A DNA stretch of 64,000 nucleotides from Trichoplax sp. H2 (lineage: Eukaryota): the NCBI GenBank assembly GCA_003344405.1, contig NOWV01000130.1:62001-126000 (forward strand), read 5' to 3'. The notes under the pieces are model-generated. The model was not told the origin of the DNA and did no database searches. It worked only from the letters and a program-made list of their open reading frames with translations. Both the position numbers and the translations under genes were made by a program. Each line of letters opens with the position of its first letter. Positions within the stretch are counted from its first letter, which is position 1. Positions 37,401 through 52,587 of the stretch are shown here, in pieces.

Positions 37401-40400
37401 AGACTGTGACGCCAATACGTGCATATCACTTAATTAGGATGGAATAAGTATTATCTTTTAATTTCTTTCCCAAAATAATATAATAGATACCTTTGTGTTA
37501 GAAAACATCCGGAAGGGATAATATATTTTATTTCTTATCTGCCGCTAAGGGTGACATAGCAAGACAAAATCTAAAAAGTTAAATTGATCGATCTGTTGTA
37601 AATTAAAATCCGTTGATAACGGTATACTTTTCAGTTGTGATTTTTATTCTAGTTGGCTACGTCTATAATAAATTTAATTCTAAGTATATTAGAAGACCAT
37701 GTTTCTTGAGAAGCTCTTCACCGACTGCATATGCCTTATCACAATTATATTCAATGTCCTCATTAATTATATTATTGCGTAGAACCAGTAAGAGAAGTAA
37801 GCTAAATCGAAATGTGTTATTTTTAGCTTCTGCTACTTAGTACAGTTCATTTATTAACAGATAAGGCAAAGTAGATAGTAAGATACGTCAGAAATTTATG
37901 ACATAAGCAGGTATAAATTTAATCAAGAAAGAAGAACAATAGCGTAGGTGTGAGTGATAGGTAGAAACTAATTAAAATAGATTGATAAAATTCCAAGATG
38001 AGTTCCAAATTACCTGACTTCAATATCTACTCTATAGTAGTAATCCACCGATGCTACTAGGCTTCCTACAATAACTTGATTCCTTTCATTCTCGTATATC
38101 AATGGCAAATATTTGATTTAATTCATTTGATCTGTATAAAAATAGCTAAGACAGAGTATCGAATAAAAGATCTCAGTGAATATTTTCAGGTGCACCGTTT
38201 CGACATATCAATTTCTAGATCAGTACACTCACGACTCTAAGTCGCCTAGGCAATGATTACATAGGTCGATATTGCAATCTCTTTAAATATACTGGTATTT
38301 CCTTAATAAGGTAGCTATTATAGCCTGCTAGAAAGGTTAAAGAATTCTTATATTTTTGAATGCCTGTCAAATTTGAGAAAGAACTGTTATAAATTGTATC
38401 TGCGTCATTTAAAATCACATATTAATATCTAATTTCAAATCTTCCTAAATACTTTGTTAAATAAAACGTATAAACAACTAAGCCCTAAGCGCCCGATTAA
38501 AGTTAGCTAAAATGTACCAGCATCAATTTGGCCAGATGCCTTAACTTAACATACTCGTATAAGGATTTGATTCCAGCCCCATAATAAAATACTATAATTA
38601 ATGCCACCTTCGTATACAGACCCAATAGGACTTAATATTTACATCATCAACCGAATGACATTAACGTAGCATACTTTTATAATGGATTACACCACTTTTG
38701 TAACTATTTACAAATATAAATTTAGTAAAAATAATTATACCGATCACAATCGATGTAAGGCTTATATTGACTGTAACTCAAAATGTATAGGGCGCATAAT
38801 AAAAGAAAATTTCAGAATTTTATACACCAATTTTCGAAATCAAGATATCACAGTTTGATATAATACCGGTATATAGGGTTATACTACTACTGTATTCCAG
38901 TATAGAATATGGAGTTCAGAAAGTGCAGTTTGTATTTTATAGTTACCGTCAACCTTAAACACTCATGCTACGATTATGAGATGAGTAGATTTCGAATCGC
39001 CGCGATCTTTCAATTATAACCAGAGCTATAATATTTTTAAATAACAGATTCATCATGTCAATAAAAAATTTGAGTTGTATTGCGATCGATGAGAATTATT
39101 AAAGGCCTAGTAGTATAAATGCTTAAGGATTTATTCCTTTCAAAGATTGAGTATTTTATTTATCAAATAATAATAGCCAATAAATGTAGTGCGATATAAA
39201 ATAATACATAGTTTGCATTATTTATTTGCATCAATCCATTTTAAATTTCTATAATACTTATTACAATATAGTACACGTACAGTCTAAACCATTTTACTCT
39301 GAACAATACTTATTAGTATATTTTATTTAATTATCTCGCTTTTTATCATAACCTCTAGGGACTCTTAGAATATAGTTAAACCTATATCTGCCCTTGGTAA
39401 GCAATGTAAATATCGTGCATCAAGCTGTTTTAGTTACGCTAATTATATTGTCAAGCTTTATTAGCAATAGCGAAATCTTATCACGATATCAAGTAGCTAA
39501 TATCAAGCTAATCATTACGATGATCCTCATACCTCTACGCTATTATGAATGTCCTATAACTCGGTTCTATTTCCTATTTATAATATCACTGTTAGGACTA
39601 AATTCCTAAAAGTGCAATTCCCTTTCAGTTAATCTACATCTGACTCTCATGCACTCTTAGTCGCCGGCTTATTTGTAGCTATTTTGTATTTTTGTTATAC
39701 GCATATAAGAATATATATTTGATCGAAAGAATTTGGATCGAATTAATATTTATTGTCTTAATACAGCATAAATTAAGAATAGAATAAACGAAACAGAAAT
39801 GAAAATTAATATTTATACGTCTGCTAATTAGATTAATAGATCATCATCTGTTCGGACAGTATGGGATGGAACTTTAAAGGGCGACATAGCATTAATTCAA
39901 GATCAAATTACGCTTTATTTATCCCAAATATGAAGGCTAACGTGAATAATTGTCAATAAATTTACAAGAACTCATCAGCTTTAATCTATCATTTAGCGTG
40001 TGAATCAATGTAGTCTCCATATCATTAGTGATCAGTAACAATGGCGTTTACATGACTTTATGAGCGATGATATTAAAAGAACTTCCATATACATTAATAA
40101 TCATAACCCCATTTATATTAGACTAGTTCGTTGTTAGCACGCAAAAGTGTAACTTTAAATATTTTATAATGGTTGCACCTTTGTTATCAACTTATATTTC
40201 AGAGTTCGGTAATGTAGCAATACAAGTCTATAACATTATTTTCTCTTAGGATGCTCACTTTTATTCATTAAAATATGCATTCATTATTTATCTGGCGCCT
40301 TAATCCACTTTCAAGATATGTCAATCAATCAACAAATAAATGCCTATTAATTCAGACAGAATCTTATTTCTCTTTATCAAAATAGTTTCTTAAAAGTAAG

Positions 40401-43400
40401 GAAGTGAGAAATCGGTCAAAATTGTAGTTGCACAATTTTAGATATCAGTGCAGGTGAACGATAATTTCGTCTATTGAAAAGGATCCTTATTTAAAAATAC
40501 TACTAGATAACTTCATTATCGGGTCTAGATTATAAGATTTTACTATTAATATTAAGAATAATGATAATATAAAGCCTAATATACAAATTGAATCTATCTA
40601 CATGTACATCATTGACCAAACAATGCCATAAAGCATCGATTATAATGACAAAAAATTTATATTTAAATTGAAAACAGAGTCCTTCATTATTCTTGCTATG
40701 GTATACCACGAATATAACATCAGCACCGCTGCGCAATTTAATAGTGATAATTTTCATATTCGTTAAGGAAATCAGATTACAGAAAGCAACCCATTTCATA
40801 TCATTATATCTACCTATCAACGATTTCCGAAGAATATCTTAGTTCTAACGATATTATTTCCTAATGAAGTATTGATTTCATCATCATGCAAAGATGGAAT
40901 ATTTCTATTATTAAATAGATATCGATCGCGATAGTATATGCATTTACCGAGTATTTTTAAGTCGTTGATGCAAACTTTAATAAAACAAGACAATCGATGA
41001 GTAATGATTAGTTGAGAGTTGAATAGAAAAAACCGTCTAGTTAGTGATGTAGTGATGATTCATTAAATCAATAAAAGTTTTATCAGCTTTGAATATTGTT
41101 TCATAAAAGTAAAGTTAAATGAAGGATAATACAACTATCAGATTAGCTTATTCTAAAATGATCACGTCATTATTAGTAATACACTATAAATTTTACTTAT
41201 GCATTTGATGATCGCATTTGATATTTATCAAAGGAAGTGTGACAGGCAAAACTGTCGATTCGTCGTGAGTTTATGTTAAGAAACTGTAATTAGTATAGGA
41301 CATGGAAATGTCCCATTGGCACTAATATTATTCACTTATTGAACAGCATCGTTGTTGACATAAGATAGAAAAAAACAGATGATAAAGCTTTTACATCGTT
41401 GATCAAACTAGAAAATATGTAGTATATCAATTATTTGAAATAAAGGTGATAAAGTATGATCGAAAGAAGGAATTGCAAATCATAATCATTATATGGCATC
41501 TATTATTGAAATAGAGTACGTGAGGAAGGTACGGGAATGAAGCGATATTCTTCTATATCGTTCATAAAATATTGAACGCAAAACAATTGAATAAAATGCT
41601 GTTCACTAGATGATCTTCATAATTTATTCTACTTAAAATGTACCGAACAATGCAACTATCTTCTTTCGATATTATTATCGCTTAATTCTTCATTCAATAT
41701 TTGATGTACTTGACATCAAATTAACGAGATAATTTATAATGTATATATATATAGTTCATATATGAACTATACACTAAGTATGCGAAAAATAGTTAAAAGT
41801 CGATTATTAACCCTTCATTAGTAACTATAATAGTGGTTTGTCGATTCGAGGCACTATTCCAAATCATTGCAGATAGAACTGCAATAAGGAATGTAAATTG
41901 ATGTCGTATATTATCTTCTTTCCTAATTTCAGATCGATAATAGATAGCCCAGCTGCATTTATACACCCATTTGACTAATGTAAATATAAAGTCAAGAATA
42001 AACAACACAATACTTCCAGTAAAATAGCTCAAAATTGAATGTTTTAGATAATTAATCAAATAAGCCCATTGTGTAACTTCTTCATGACATCATCGATCAA
42101 TTCATTTTATTCTATCTTTTATAGTAAACGAGTTAGTTCTAATCAACTGAATAGATCTAAAGTTCCAATGATGATCTAACAAGCAATTAATTTTGAAAAG
42201 CAAAAATCTAGCCTCATTTTAATTCCATGAAATAAATATAGATCTACATGACACTGATACTGATCTTTATCATTTAATAGAATAAGATTGTATTACAAAA
42301 TTGATCTAATGCATATCATGCTCTTTTTGATAAAATAATTTGGAAAATGGAAAATGAGAAACCAACTTTACTTTCGAAAGCATTTTCACAACATAGAGAG
42401 AGATATCGACTATAAATGTTATACCTATACATGAAATACGGGTGATATTTGTTTTTCTTCTTTCAATTTGGAATTTATTTCCGTCCGATTTACAATATTA
42501 ATTGTATTCTATAAGACTGGTTCCATCTATTGTATAGGAGTGATTTTTTTTATTTTTGTAAAATTTTTATTACGTATAGAAAGTTAAAAATGTCAATAGA
42601 CAAATGGATTATCAATTAATAACTGAGCTATTGAATAAGAAATCTAAAGTTATATAAGATGAAACAGACGATATACAATATGCAATTAATTTTTTTTCCT
42701 ATCTAACTAAATTAATCAATAATAGCCATAGGGAATAGATTGTAAGATAGCTAATTCTATTCATCAGCTTGATATTGAAAGGAATTGTACATTACATCTA
42801 TTGCAATAGCAATCGTAAAATAATATCTATTAACTTAGCTTTCATTGGCACTTGCCTTTGCCTACTCTGTTGATAACTTTCCCTATTGAATAGGACAAAC
42901 ATGATTAGTTATCAATTTTTAACGAGCTTAGATATTCCTGTTTTTACAATGTCTTACCACTTGTATAAACATATTAAACGAAAAGTATTCCACTCTGTCA
43001 AAAACTAGCAGACAGGATTGTCCATTTATATCTTAAAGACAATTTTAAATGTTAGCAACTTAATCCAGGACGTCTTTAATCTATTAGAACAGTTGAATCT
43101 AATCAACATTTGAATGATTTTTTCCTTTTTTCATTTCAGAGATAATTTACTTGAAAAATATATTACTGATTAATTGTAGATAGGGGACGATAAACTAGTT
43201 TCAATATGTCATGATGGAGATTATCATCGTTATCCTTTTTGAGTTTATATTTTTATTCATCAATATTCTTTATATACTTTCACCTTTACAAACACTATCA
43301 TCTATCATCTCGAATACTATACATATATAATATTCAATTAGATAAACTACAATCACAAAACTAGAAGTGATAGATAGCATTAAAGTTTTTATCACGCTTG

Positions 43401-46400
43401 TTTATTTGAAGCTATACGCAATTCCTGTTTGCATAATGACTTTTTTTCTCATATTAATTAGATAGATCTAGCTTAAAGTTGTAGCCTAATCATGGAAATA
43501 TCAAATGATAAACATATATTATTACAGTAATGATGATACTCAATTTATTGATTAGAAGTGGATATTTTTTCTTTGCCTACTATCTCTGTTCCTCTCCCCC
43601 TCTTCATCTTAATTTACTTCCAACCTTGAAAAAAAAACAATAGCAATTGTTTAATCTTGGATACTCTACTCTACTTAGAAGGGTGTCTATCTATTCTATT
43701 ATCGTCGATCAACATTTTAATTATCTTAATAACTTGCTTTACCATCGTTACCAGTTGAAAAATAACCAAATTAGATTGCCCTAACAGTAGTATTGTCCTG
43801 TTTAACTATCACCGATGGCCATCCCATTCGTATTCAATAACTAAACAATAAACAACTAAAGCATTATACTCAGATTTGATTTTCCCCACCCTTGACCACA
43901 TTACTCCTATTCGAGCGGGCTATCAACTATTCCAACATTATATATCCTCATTTAAATAGCTTTCACTGCTTTGCCATCATCATTGACGACAGCATCAATT
44001 GTGATTGTATACAATCCATATAAGTTGTACTTTTATTGAGATCCTTTAATTTGAAACCGTCTTGTTAGCTCCGTTTCTCAAGATATCTTTAGCTTAGCTG
44101 CAAGTAATTAAGCTGCTTAAAAAGTTAAAAAATCCTCATCAAACCGCTACATTTACTCGTATTGCCCATCACTCAACTCGAACTCGATCAAGTGTAACTT
44201 GATAAGGAAGAAAACATCGAACTGGAAACTGGAAATTATTTTTCCTTCAACTCAAACAAGACTGCATAAACCAGATCTCACTCAGGTAATGGAAATCATT
44301 TTTTATTTATTATAACGTATAGATCAAAATTTAAAATACTTACGGTATATCTTACATTCAGATTCTATGTAAGCGAAATTGAAATCCATAAATTTACAAA
44401 CATTTCTTGTCTTTCTTTTGCACTGTCATGTTAATGAAATATTCTGAGTCTAAAGTCGATCAACTGACCAAGACATTTTATCATTTCAATGTAATGCTAT
44501 CATGATGAAATTGATCATAAATGTGCAGCATCAAACGATAAGCTTAGTCCACGTTTATAACATTGATGATGAATTCCTGTAAATCCTAACGCATAACGAT
44601 TAGGTAGAAATGATACTACAGACCTTTCAAAACGATCATGATTTAATTTGATATTGCGTAGAAATAGATAAGCAAAGTAGGATAGTAACATCTACTTATA
44701 CTCTCGTGATTGTATCTCTCGAGTAGATAAATGGAGCAATCAGCTCTTATAAAACATTAAACCTTGAAATGTTAGAAATAACTTTTGGTGATTTAAGGTG
44801 TTACAGACAAAATACAAAGTTAGATAGAGTTCATGATATGGGAAATTCATGAGTTACCTAAATAGACAGTATAACATGAGCTTATTGCTAAAAATGGATA
44901 TTCAATCATAAAAGGGGTTAAGGTAAATTAGTAGAATCTATCCAGTAGATTTTCGAGGATAAAACTGACTGGTATGCCTCAGTTTTGTACTAGAAGAATT
45001 CAATTTAACTCCGTAAATATTCTCTGACCAAGTTCTGTTGGCCGTTTTACTAGAGTAGTGCTTTCCCAAGATAGAAATATTTAGGGTACGTTGAGCTAGA
45101 ATAACACTGATCGATACAAATAAATTGATTACAATCTGGCTAAACAAGCTTGAGAGAAATATCAATCGACGCTAAAGGAAACCTTCAGGCAAAGTAAAGT
45201 ATACTATCATAAAGCTTTTCCTGATAATATTATAATAACTTACTTTAAATAGATGTTATGTATATCCTCATTTCCATCAAAAGAGCCTTAACAATCTCAA
45301 TACCAAACTAAATGCTAACTTAAATTACTGCTAAAATAGATTTAGAATATTATTAAATCAAGAACTAACGTTCTACATATTTTCTATTTTCGCTCCATTG
45401 CTAACCGACTCAGAGCCATTTTTCCAACTTAGCATCACTTAATAGCCTTCCTATTTAGGAAGTGGTACTAAAAATATGATATCGAAAATAGACCAAAAGA
45501 TCAATCTCCTTTCGAGGGGATTTCTTACTCTACCCACAATTTAAGTTATGTTAAAAAGAAGTGATCTATCTAGAATCACTCAGGATCGATCTAGCCAATA
45601 ATAAATAGACTATCAATATAATTTCATCGTTTCCTTATATTAGATCTCTCTTGCTTTCATTTCACAGCATATTAGAATTTATCTTGGCAGATGTTTCATA
45701 TAAATTGAACTTGAATTCGATCATGCTCTACCATCATTGCAGAAAGATCAAAACTATAAGTAACCACGTAATTAAAGTACTAGATGGAGTATAGGATTTA
45801 GCACCTACTGCATTTTTAATAAACGTTGACATCTTCAAGTATTCATCTTTTGCAACAAACCAAGGTGGTCTTGAATAGCAGACAATGGTGTATCAGGATA
45901 AATTAAAATAGTATTATCGCTTGACCTAGTCAATTTTTTATGACATATATTTTAGTATTTATGTCTGTAGCAGACATAACTAATTATTTAAGTAAACTGT
46001 AGCCTAAAATTCCAATGGAAAAGTATTTTGTTAAGTTAGCACACAACGGAAAATCTGCTAGTCATGATGTTCAAAGCACAATAATGACAAGAAATGAAAT
46101 TAGATACCTCTGGCATTAACTCTTACTTTGGATGCCAAATGAATATTGTCCTATTCTAATCTTGACGTCATTTGGAATAAAGGAACTATTGACTAATGTA
46201 GCAAATTGGGGGATAAATTTTTTCACATAATCTGTCAGTTGGACTACTACACTACTTCAAATTTATAATACCTGTATATGGATAAAATTTTCCACACTTC
46301 TATTTGCTTATATCGTTACCGCTAACATTAGCCAACAATATTATCTTTCTCGATCCTATTTTTATTTGACCTATTCATCATAGTTATCGGAAAGTCCTAA

Positions 46401-46789
46401 GAGTTTCGCCAATAGAAGAAATTATTATGGCTTTTTCAATAGGCGCAGATAATACTTCTTTCTAGTCAATTTCATTCTTATTTGATTAGAATATCTAGAA
46501 ATCCAGAGGTTAAACTGAAATTAAGCTATCATAACTTCTAAATCCTTGTTGCTACTTTTCTGACTACATTTCTAGCACGTAGACATGTTCTGAGTAGAGA
46601 TTAACCTATTAAAGCCTAATTAATTATACTGTAAGTAGTACAATGACTACTACACCCTAGTTATCATGTCTACGTGAGTTATATTATTTTATTCTCACAT
46701 TTTTACTCTATAGACTTGGTAGAAATCTATGATTTATAATATAGATGATAATGTAATTCGACAGGTTAGGTTAAGTAGTCAAGAACATG

Positions 46790-47290
46790 CTATGATCATT
46801 CTTCCTATCTCATTTCTAACTCTACATTACCAACTGTCTATCTACGAACGGGGGATAGAAACGAATTTAAAAATTTCATGATCATTCTTCCTATCCCATT
46901 TCTACCTTTATATCCGGTTCTGAGTGACTATCTACCAATCATGGAAAGAAAATGAATGTATTCCTATTCCATTCGTTCATTTTATCTCATTTCTACCTGT
47001 ACGTACTGACTGTCTACGATTATTGATAGAAGAGGAACGCATAAATCTCGTGATTGTTCTCCTATCCCGTTTCCACTTTTATGCACTGACTGGCTATCCA
47101 TCAATTTTCGATAGAAAGGGAACACATGAAATCTCGTGATCATGCTTTCAATCCTATTTCTAGCGAGTATACTAATTGACTATCCACGAATGATGGATGG
47201 AAAACAAGTAGCTATGTGTACCAATTGTAATTATTTATTCAATCCCATTTCTCTCCTTGCCATACGGCTAGCTATCAACGCCTTTAGATG
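46790..47290. repeat. Degenerate tandem repeat, unit about 85-90 bp, about 6 copies
   Basis: Recurring TGATCATTCTTCCTATC(T/C)CATTTCTA...CTATCTAC...GATAGAA blocks. Confidence 0.7.
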
Positions 47291-48289
47291 AGAAATAGAA
47301 TAGCATAGTTCTTTTGGCAATCAATGTCAATGTAATTTTTCCTTCTATCTTCATATGTTAAATGACCATGTAAAAAATAAGGATGAAACTATTTAGTTAT
47401 CACAGCTCAGCCACTTTTAGATTAATTTACGAGTATTACTGTTGTCGTTTCCAATCACCCTTTTCATTTTTAGATAGGGAAGAGGGCAATTGTCCAGATA
47501 CCAATTTCTATTATGCTTCTACTTTCTAAGTTGATCAGAGATCTGTGATCCTTTCATGGGAAACTAATCCAATTATGGCTAAAAATAACTTATGACGATA
47601 AGATGACTAATTGTAGACTAGAATTCTCCCTGCAATGGATTTATCCTTCCTGGCTCGTTCAAAGCATCTATTAATTATTAGATAGGGATAATCATAGTCC
47701 TCTCTCTGAGGCTAGAGAATGATACCTGCATGATATGGTTACTCTTCTTTCAAGTTTCTCTAAAACCGACATATCAAGTATGAAAGTGTAAAATCATACA
47801 ACTATTACTGCAGAGTCCACCACATATGTGAGCGTCAATTTTATCTTTCATGCTGATATAACCCTTTTGTACGTAAGTAGATACGCGTATATACAGCTCC
47901 AAGATGAAAAATAAGTTTAGCGAATTCTGAGATCAAGTTGAATTTTTCCTACTTCTCAACTTGAATCCTATTTTCGATCCTCTCTACATACCGAACTATT
48001 CGTTCTCTTTTTCTTCATTCACTTACGATATCAGATTGTCCTTTATAATATGGTAATAAATTATTAGTTATGGTATCCCGAAGAAATTAGCAGCGCATTT
48101 ATTCAACCAATAATGCATTTAAATATATGGTTGCAATCCATTGCTACTACGCTTAGACGAAATTTATAGAAAGTTATTACAATTCTCTTATTCTATAATG
48201 AAGAGCATTATTGAAATCTCCTTATGGTAATAAATATTATGCTAGTCAACGGTACCACATGCTAAATATGAAAGTTCAGTCTAAAAGCA

Positions 48290-48830
48290 ACTAGCTCACG
48301 ACTTGATACAATTAAAATATTTTGATATCAGCTCCAACAATATTATTAGAATAGGAAGCAGATTTTACTCTGTTAGTGATACGTAAACTGTACCTATGCT
48401 AGATGAAAATAGCAAAGCTTACTTTACAAACTACCAGCTCATGATTTCATGTAATTAAAACTTCTGGATATCCTATTAGTTCCAATTATGTTGTTAGAAT
48501 ATGAAGCAGATTCTACCGTGCTCGTGATCATTGAAGTCCTAGTTCAAGATATCCTACGCTAGATAAATTACAAAGTTTAATCTAAAACTATCAGCTCATA
48601 ACTTGATACAATCAAAATTGATATGCTAGCAGCTCCGACAAGACGATTAGAATACGAAGTAAATTCTACCTTGCTAGGGATCAGTGAAGTGCTCGTTATA
48701 CATGCCCCATGCTAGATAAAATAGCAAAAGTGTAGCCTAAAAAACCGCCCACCCATGATTGAACCTAACTAAGAATTTTTTCGATATCCTTCTTACTCTA
48801 ACATTATTAGAATATGCAACAGATTTATTC
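48290..48830. repeat. Degenerate tandem repeat, unit about 150 bp, about 3.5 copies
   Basis: Anchor TTAGAATA..AAGCAGATT (with variants) at 48346, 48494, 48647 and 48807; GCTAGAT.AA and AGCTCA also recur. Confidence 0.75.
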
Positions 48831-49996
48831 AGACAAGCTAAAGTTTGGGTTGTTAAAATAGAGTAAATCTCTAATATGTCGCAAATAATCAACACCGTAT
48901 TATCGAATTTTAAAGCAACGTTCATTGCGTCCCTCTGTCGGAGAAGAATTCCAATTTCTTCCCCTTGTAGGTAATCGATTTCTTAGCAGCTAGGAAATAT
49001 GAGATAAGATGAATGTGTGATAAAACATTTGCTGATCTCAAGAAAATTATGATATCGTCTATAGCAGTCATCATACGGAATGATTTCTCTTAACTTTCCT
49101 TCAGTATGTTAGCAAACAACCATTCTCATGAGTTATAGATACTGCTTAAATGATGCTGGAGCTCAACACTCGACAACTAACTTTAATAAGCAGTCTTAAC
49201 CTTTACTCGTTCAAAGATTGAAATTGTTTTATTTTTATGATTGCTTCCTGTAGTTTACTCTGTATCATTACTGCATCTGACTGAAAGACTTGTCCCTCGA
49301 CCTTTACAATCTTAGTCACCAATCACTGATTGTTCAGCTTAGCAGAAAGGATTTTTTTTTACCCTTATTTTGAATCGATTATTTTCCATGGTAATTATGG
49401 TCAAGCTATGATTCTAATCGTCAACAAGTTGTGATCAACAAACATATTGTGATGTGATGGAAAAAACAAATAGAAATTAATAGTTCTAACAGCAGGCGAC
49501 GACAGAGCAAATAAGCCGAATGAGAGAAATCAAAAGGAATTGACTAACAAAAGCAATCCAAGTTGGATTCTTCTCACACTTGAGTAACTTTTCACATCAA
49601 CAATGAACAATTCAATAATAGAATAAAAAAAAGTATCCATGATTACTTTAGTCTAGCGCTCTTTGTCAAGTAATATCTCTTCTATCATTCTCCTACTCTT
49701 ATGGTTGTTAATCACATTCAGGTAATTCTTCTATCTCCCACTTGCCATGACAACAAATAATGGACAATAGTCCTTTTCAACAGCTCAGCACACAATCGAG
49801 CTAAATCGAGGAACAAGTTTTTTTCTGATTTAAATTTAATTTATTGTCTTGTCCATCTTGCCCATCAAGAACAGGTGTAGAACATAGAATAGTTGTTAAG
49901 AACATTCAATTCTCTTCTAGAAAATCATTTTACAATATCAACGTATTTTCAATTTATTACGTAATGTACTTTTCCCGCTCGAATTGCATCCACTTT

Positions 49997-50420
49997 ATTG
50001 ATTCATTGCCCTACAATTCCGAACATTGGTAAGGATAAATCAATGTTAAACCTCTGGATATCATCAAACTCTATTCCAAGAAATTTTTGCAATGGATTTT
50101 TTATCCTATTTCTTTTTTTTATAAAATTAATCAATCGATTCATTGCCTTACGGTTCTAAACATTGGTAAGGATAAATCAATATTGAGCCTTTTTGGATAT
50201 CATCAAACTCTATTCCAAGAATTTTTCCAATTTGTTTTTTTTATCCTATTTCTTTTTTCTATAAAATTAATCGATCGATTCATTGACTTGCAGCTCTAAA
50301 CATTCATAAGGATAAATCAAAGTTGAATTTTTTGATATCATCAAGCTCTATTCCAAGAATTTTTTGCAATATATTTTTATCATGTTTCTTTCCCATAAAA
50401 TTAATCAATTTATTGATTCA
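49997..50420. repeat. Tandem repeat, unit about 138 bp, 3 copies
   Basis: AACATT(GG/CA)TAAGGATAAATCAA...GATATCATCAA.CTCTATTCCAAGAA...ATAAAATTAATC at 50022, 50159 and 50298. Confidence 0.9.
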
Positions 50421-52587
50421 AGAGGAAATGGATAAAACATCGATAATTCAAAATCGATGGTTCAAAATTGTAAGTCCATGTCCAATTCCCTGACAACATT
50501 AACATCTACCTTTTTCCTTATCTCCTAAAATCAGTCTATTCATTCCAGGAATATTGTATTAAAAATAATTGTCAATTATGATCAAAATTTTAAATTGGAT
50601 GCTAACCATCACTAGTCCAAGACGATGTTATGAAAATAGAATTAGGACATCTTTATAGCTTAAGATGATCAAAATAAACTATTTTTAAACCCTAATTACA
50701 TCCTAAATAGTGGCTACAGTCAATTAAAAGTTCTAGTCATGGAATGAATGGTATGCTAGTGAATTAATTTCCGTCTCTTGACTTTATTAAAATTAATCTT
50801 AATAAATACCATCCACTTAATTTAATCTCTTTCATTTTTGTCGCCGTCTATCAATTATCCCCTAGCAATACTTGCCTATGGTATCCAACATTTATTTTCA
50901 AACTAGATCCGCTGTCTTCTCTATTCGATTGTTTCCCTCGCTCTCGCTCTCGCTTTAGTCGATATTTTAGTCATCGTCAATGACGTCTATCCAAATGGCT
51001 ACTACCGATCGTCGAAACAACATTCTAAGTATTAATTATTATCTTTCTTATCGTCCATTTTTCTACTAAGTTCCCATCTTCACTTTATTCTAAATTCTTT
51101 TTTATACGAATAAAACCCATATTGCTCTTGATTAACATCATAATATTGAGAAAGAAATTGCCGCCTTGTCCTTTATTCTAATCATTTTCCACCAAATTCA
51201 ATACATTGAACTGTTAATTAAAAGCAAACAATTGCAATAGTATTAAGACATAACTCCAATAACGCTACATATTCATAAATAAATAGATCCGGAGAAAATT
51301 ATCTTGTCTATCCAGTCAATAGAAATGATCGGATATTCAATCATTAATTATTAATGGCGATGCAATCTTTTCCTTGCCTTGCTTGTATCCCATGATTTAG
51401 TCAGTAATAAGCCTTTGACTTTCCGTCACCAAGAAATAACAATCACTCCTATCTAAATTATAAATCACAATATTGTATAACAATTAATGACGATAACTAA
51501 TCAATCTTTTGATAGAATAATTATTATTAGGTAAAGAATCTGTTAGCATTGATTCTATAGTTGATGTCATCGATCTTTCCATTGGACATTGAATTGATTT
51601 TTTCTATTCTATATTGCATTTTTATTAGGCTCTTGCGGTTAACGCTTTTGTCATATTCAATTGGCAATTTTCTTCGTCAATCAACTATTAAACTAAATGA
51701 AACATATTGGATCATTTCAAATGATGATCGCATTAAATCCCACAATTTTACATCATTAACGCTATCGCTATCCATTTGGAACGTACTAAGAGCTTTACCG
51801 TAATTAATTTTTTCACCAATTGAATCCATTCAAAGTAAGCAATTTAAATTTTAGCATTTTCAACCTAATCCAACTCGTTTTATCTTGCAATTTTTCAACC
51901 AACTGTCGTGGATATTTGCGAGCCTTTGAAAACTCCAATTACAAGCTTGAATAGTGAGAACAGCGTTAAAATTATCGTGCTATTTGGAAAAAATTAAACT
52001 ATCAAGACTTATATTTATATGTTTAGCCAGTTCTTAAAAAATTTTTAATATTTCAAGTTTCATCCAACCATTTTCTTGAACACTCCGTTAAAAAAAATTT
52101 ATACCGTCATTTTGCCTGCCGTTTGAAGCCGAATACCATAAAAAGATTCATAAATTTAAACATCCATATTTAAGATAAGCGTAAATTGGAGATAGTAAAC
52201 AGGAAATTTTGATTTCACTTTTCAACTTTTTAACCAATTTAAAGCATTTTAAAACAATCAAATTCAAAATATTTACTATCCTTCACGCTCCTGGTGAGAG
52301 TACTAACAGTTATACCTCCATCCACGACAATCTTTCCGCCTTCAAGGATACAAAGCAGGCCACCAAAATTAAATAGATCAAAAATTGCTTTAATTTTCTA
52401 TCACCGAAAATTAAAGCAAACAAAGTCATACAATTTTACTTCGGTATTTTTCCCTCAACTAAACTGCTTATCAAGGCTAAACTAGCATCAATTTTATTAA
52501 AATTCTGTACAAATCTCATCTCCTTTGCTTTAAGCTAAAATTTAATCGGTACTCCTTCAAAAAAAATAATTGATAGGAAAGAGCAAC

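Noticed and set aside
41750..41771. 22-bp perfect palindrome TATAGTTCATATATGAACTATA
   Set aside because: Very AT-rich, adjacent to a TA run, and without supporting context.
46790..50420. CRISPR-like repeat-spacer array
   Set aside because: Eukaryotic context; whole units are homologous rather than constant repeats with unique spacers, and there are no cas genes.
31398..52485. Many 60-100 aa ORFs in the gene-poor interval
   Set aside because: I/L/F/Y/N/K-rich composition typical of AT-rich non-coding DNA, often non-ATG starts, no motifs, no consistent splice chain; some are translations of tandem repeats.
52570..52587. TTG start for the GPCR given by the ORF track
   Set aside because: An in-frame ATG in good context (CAACATGG) lies at 52588.
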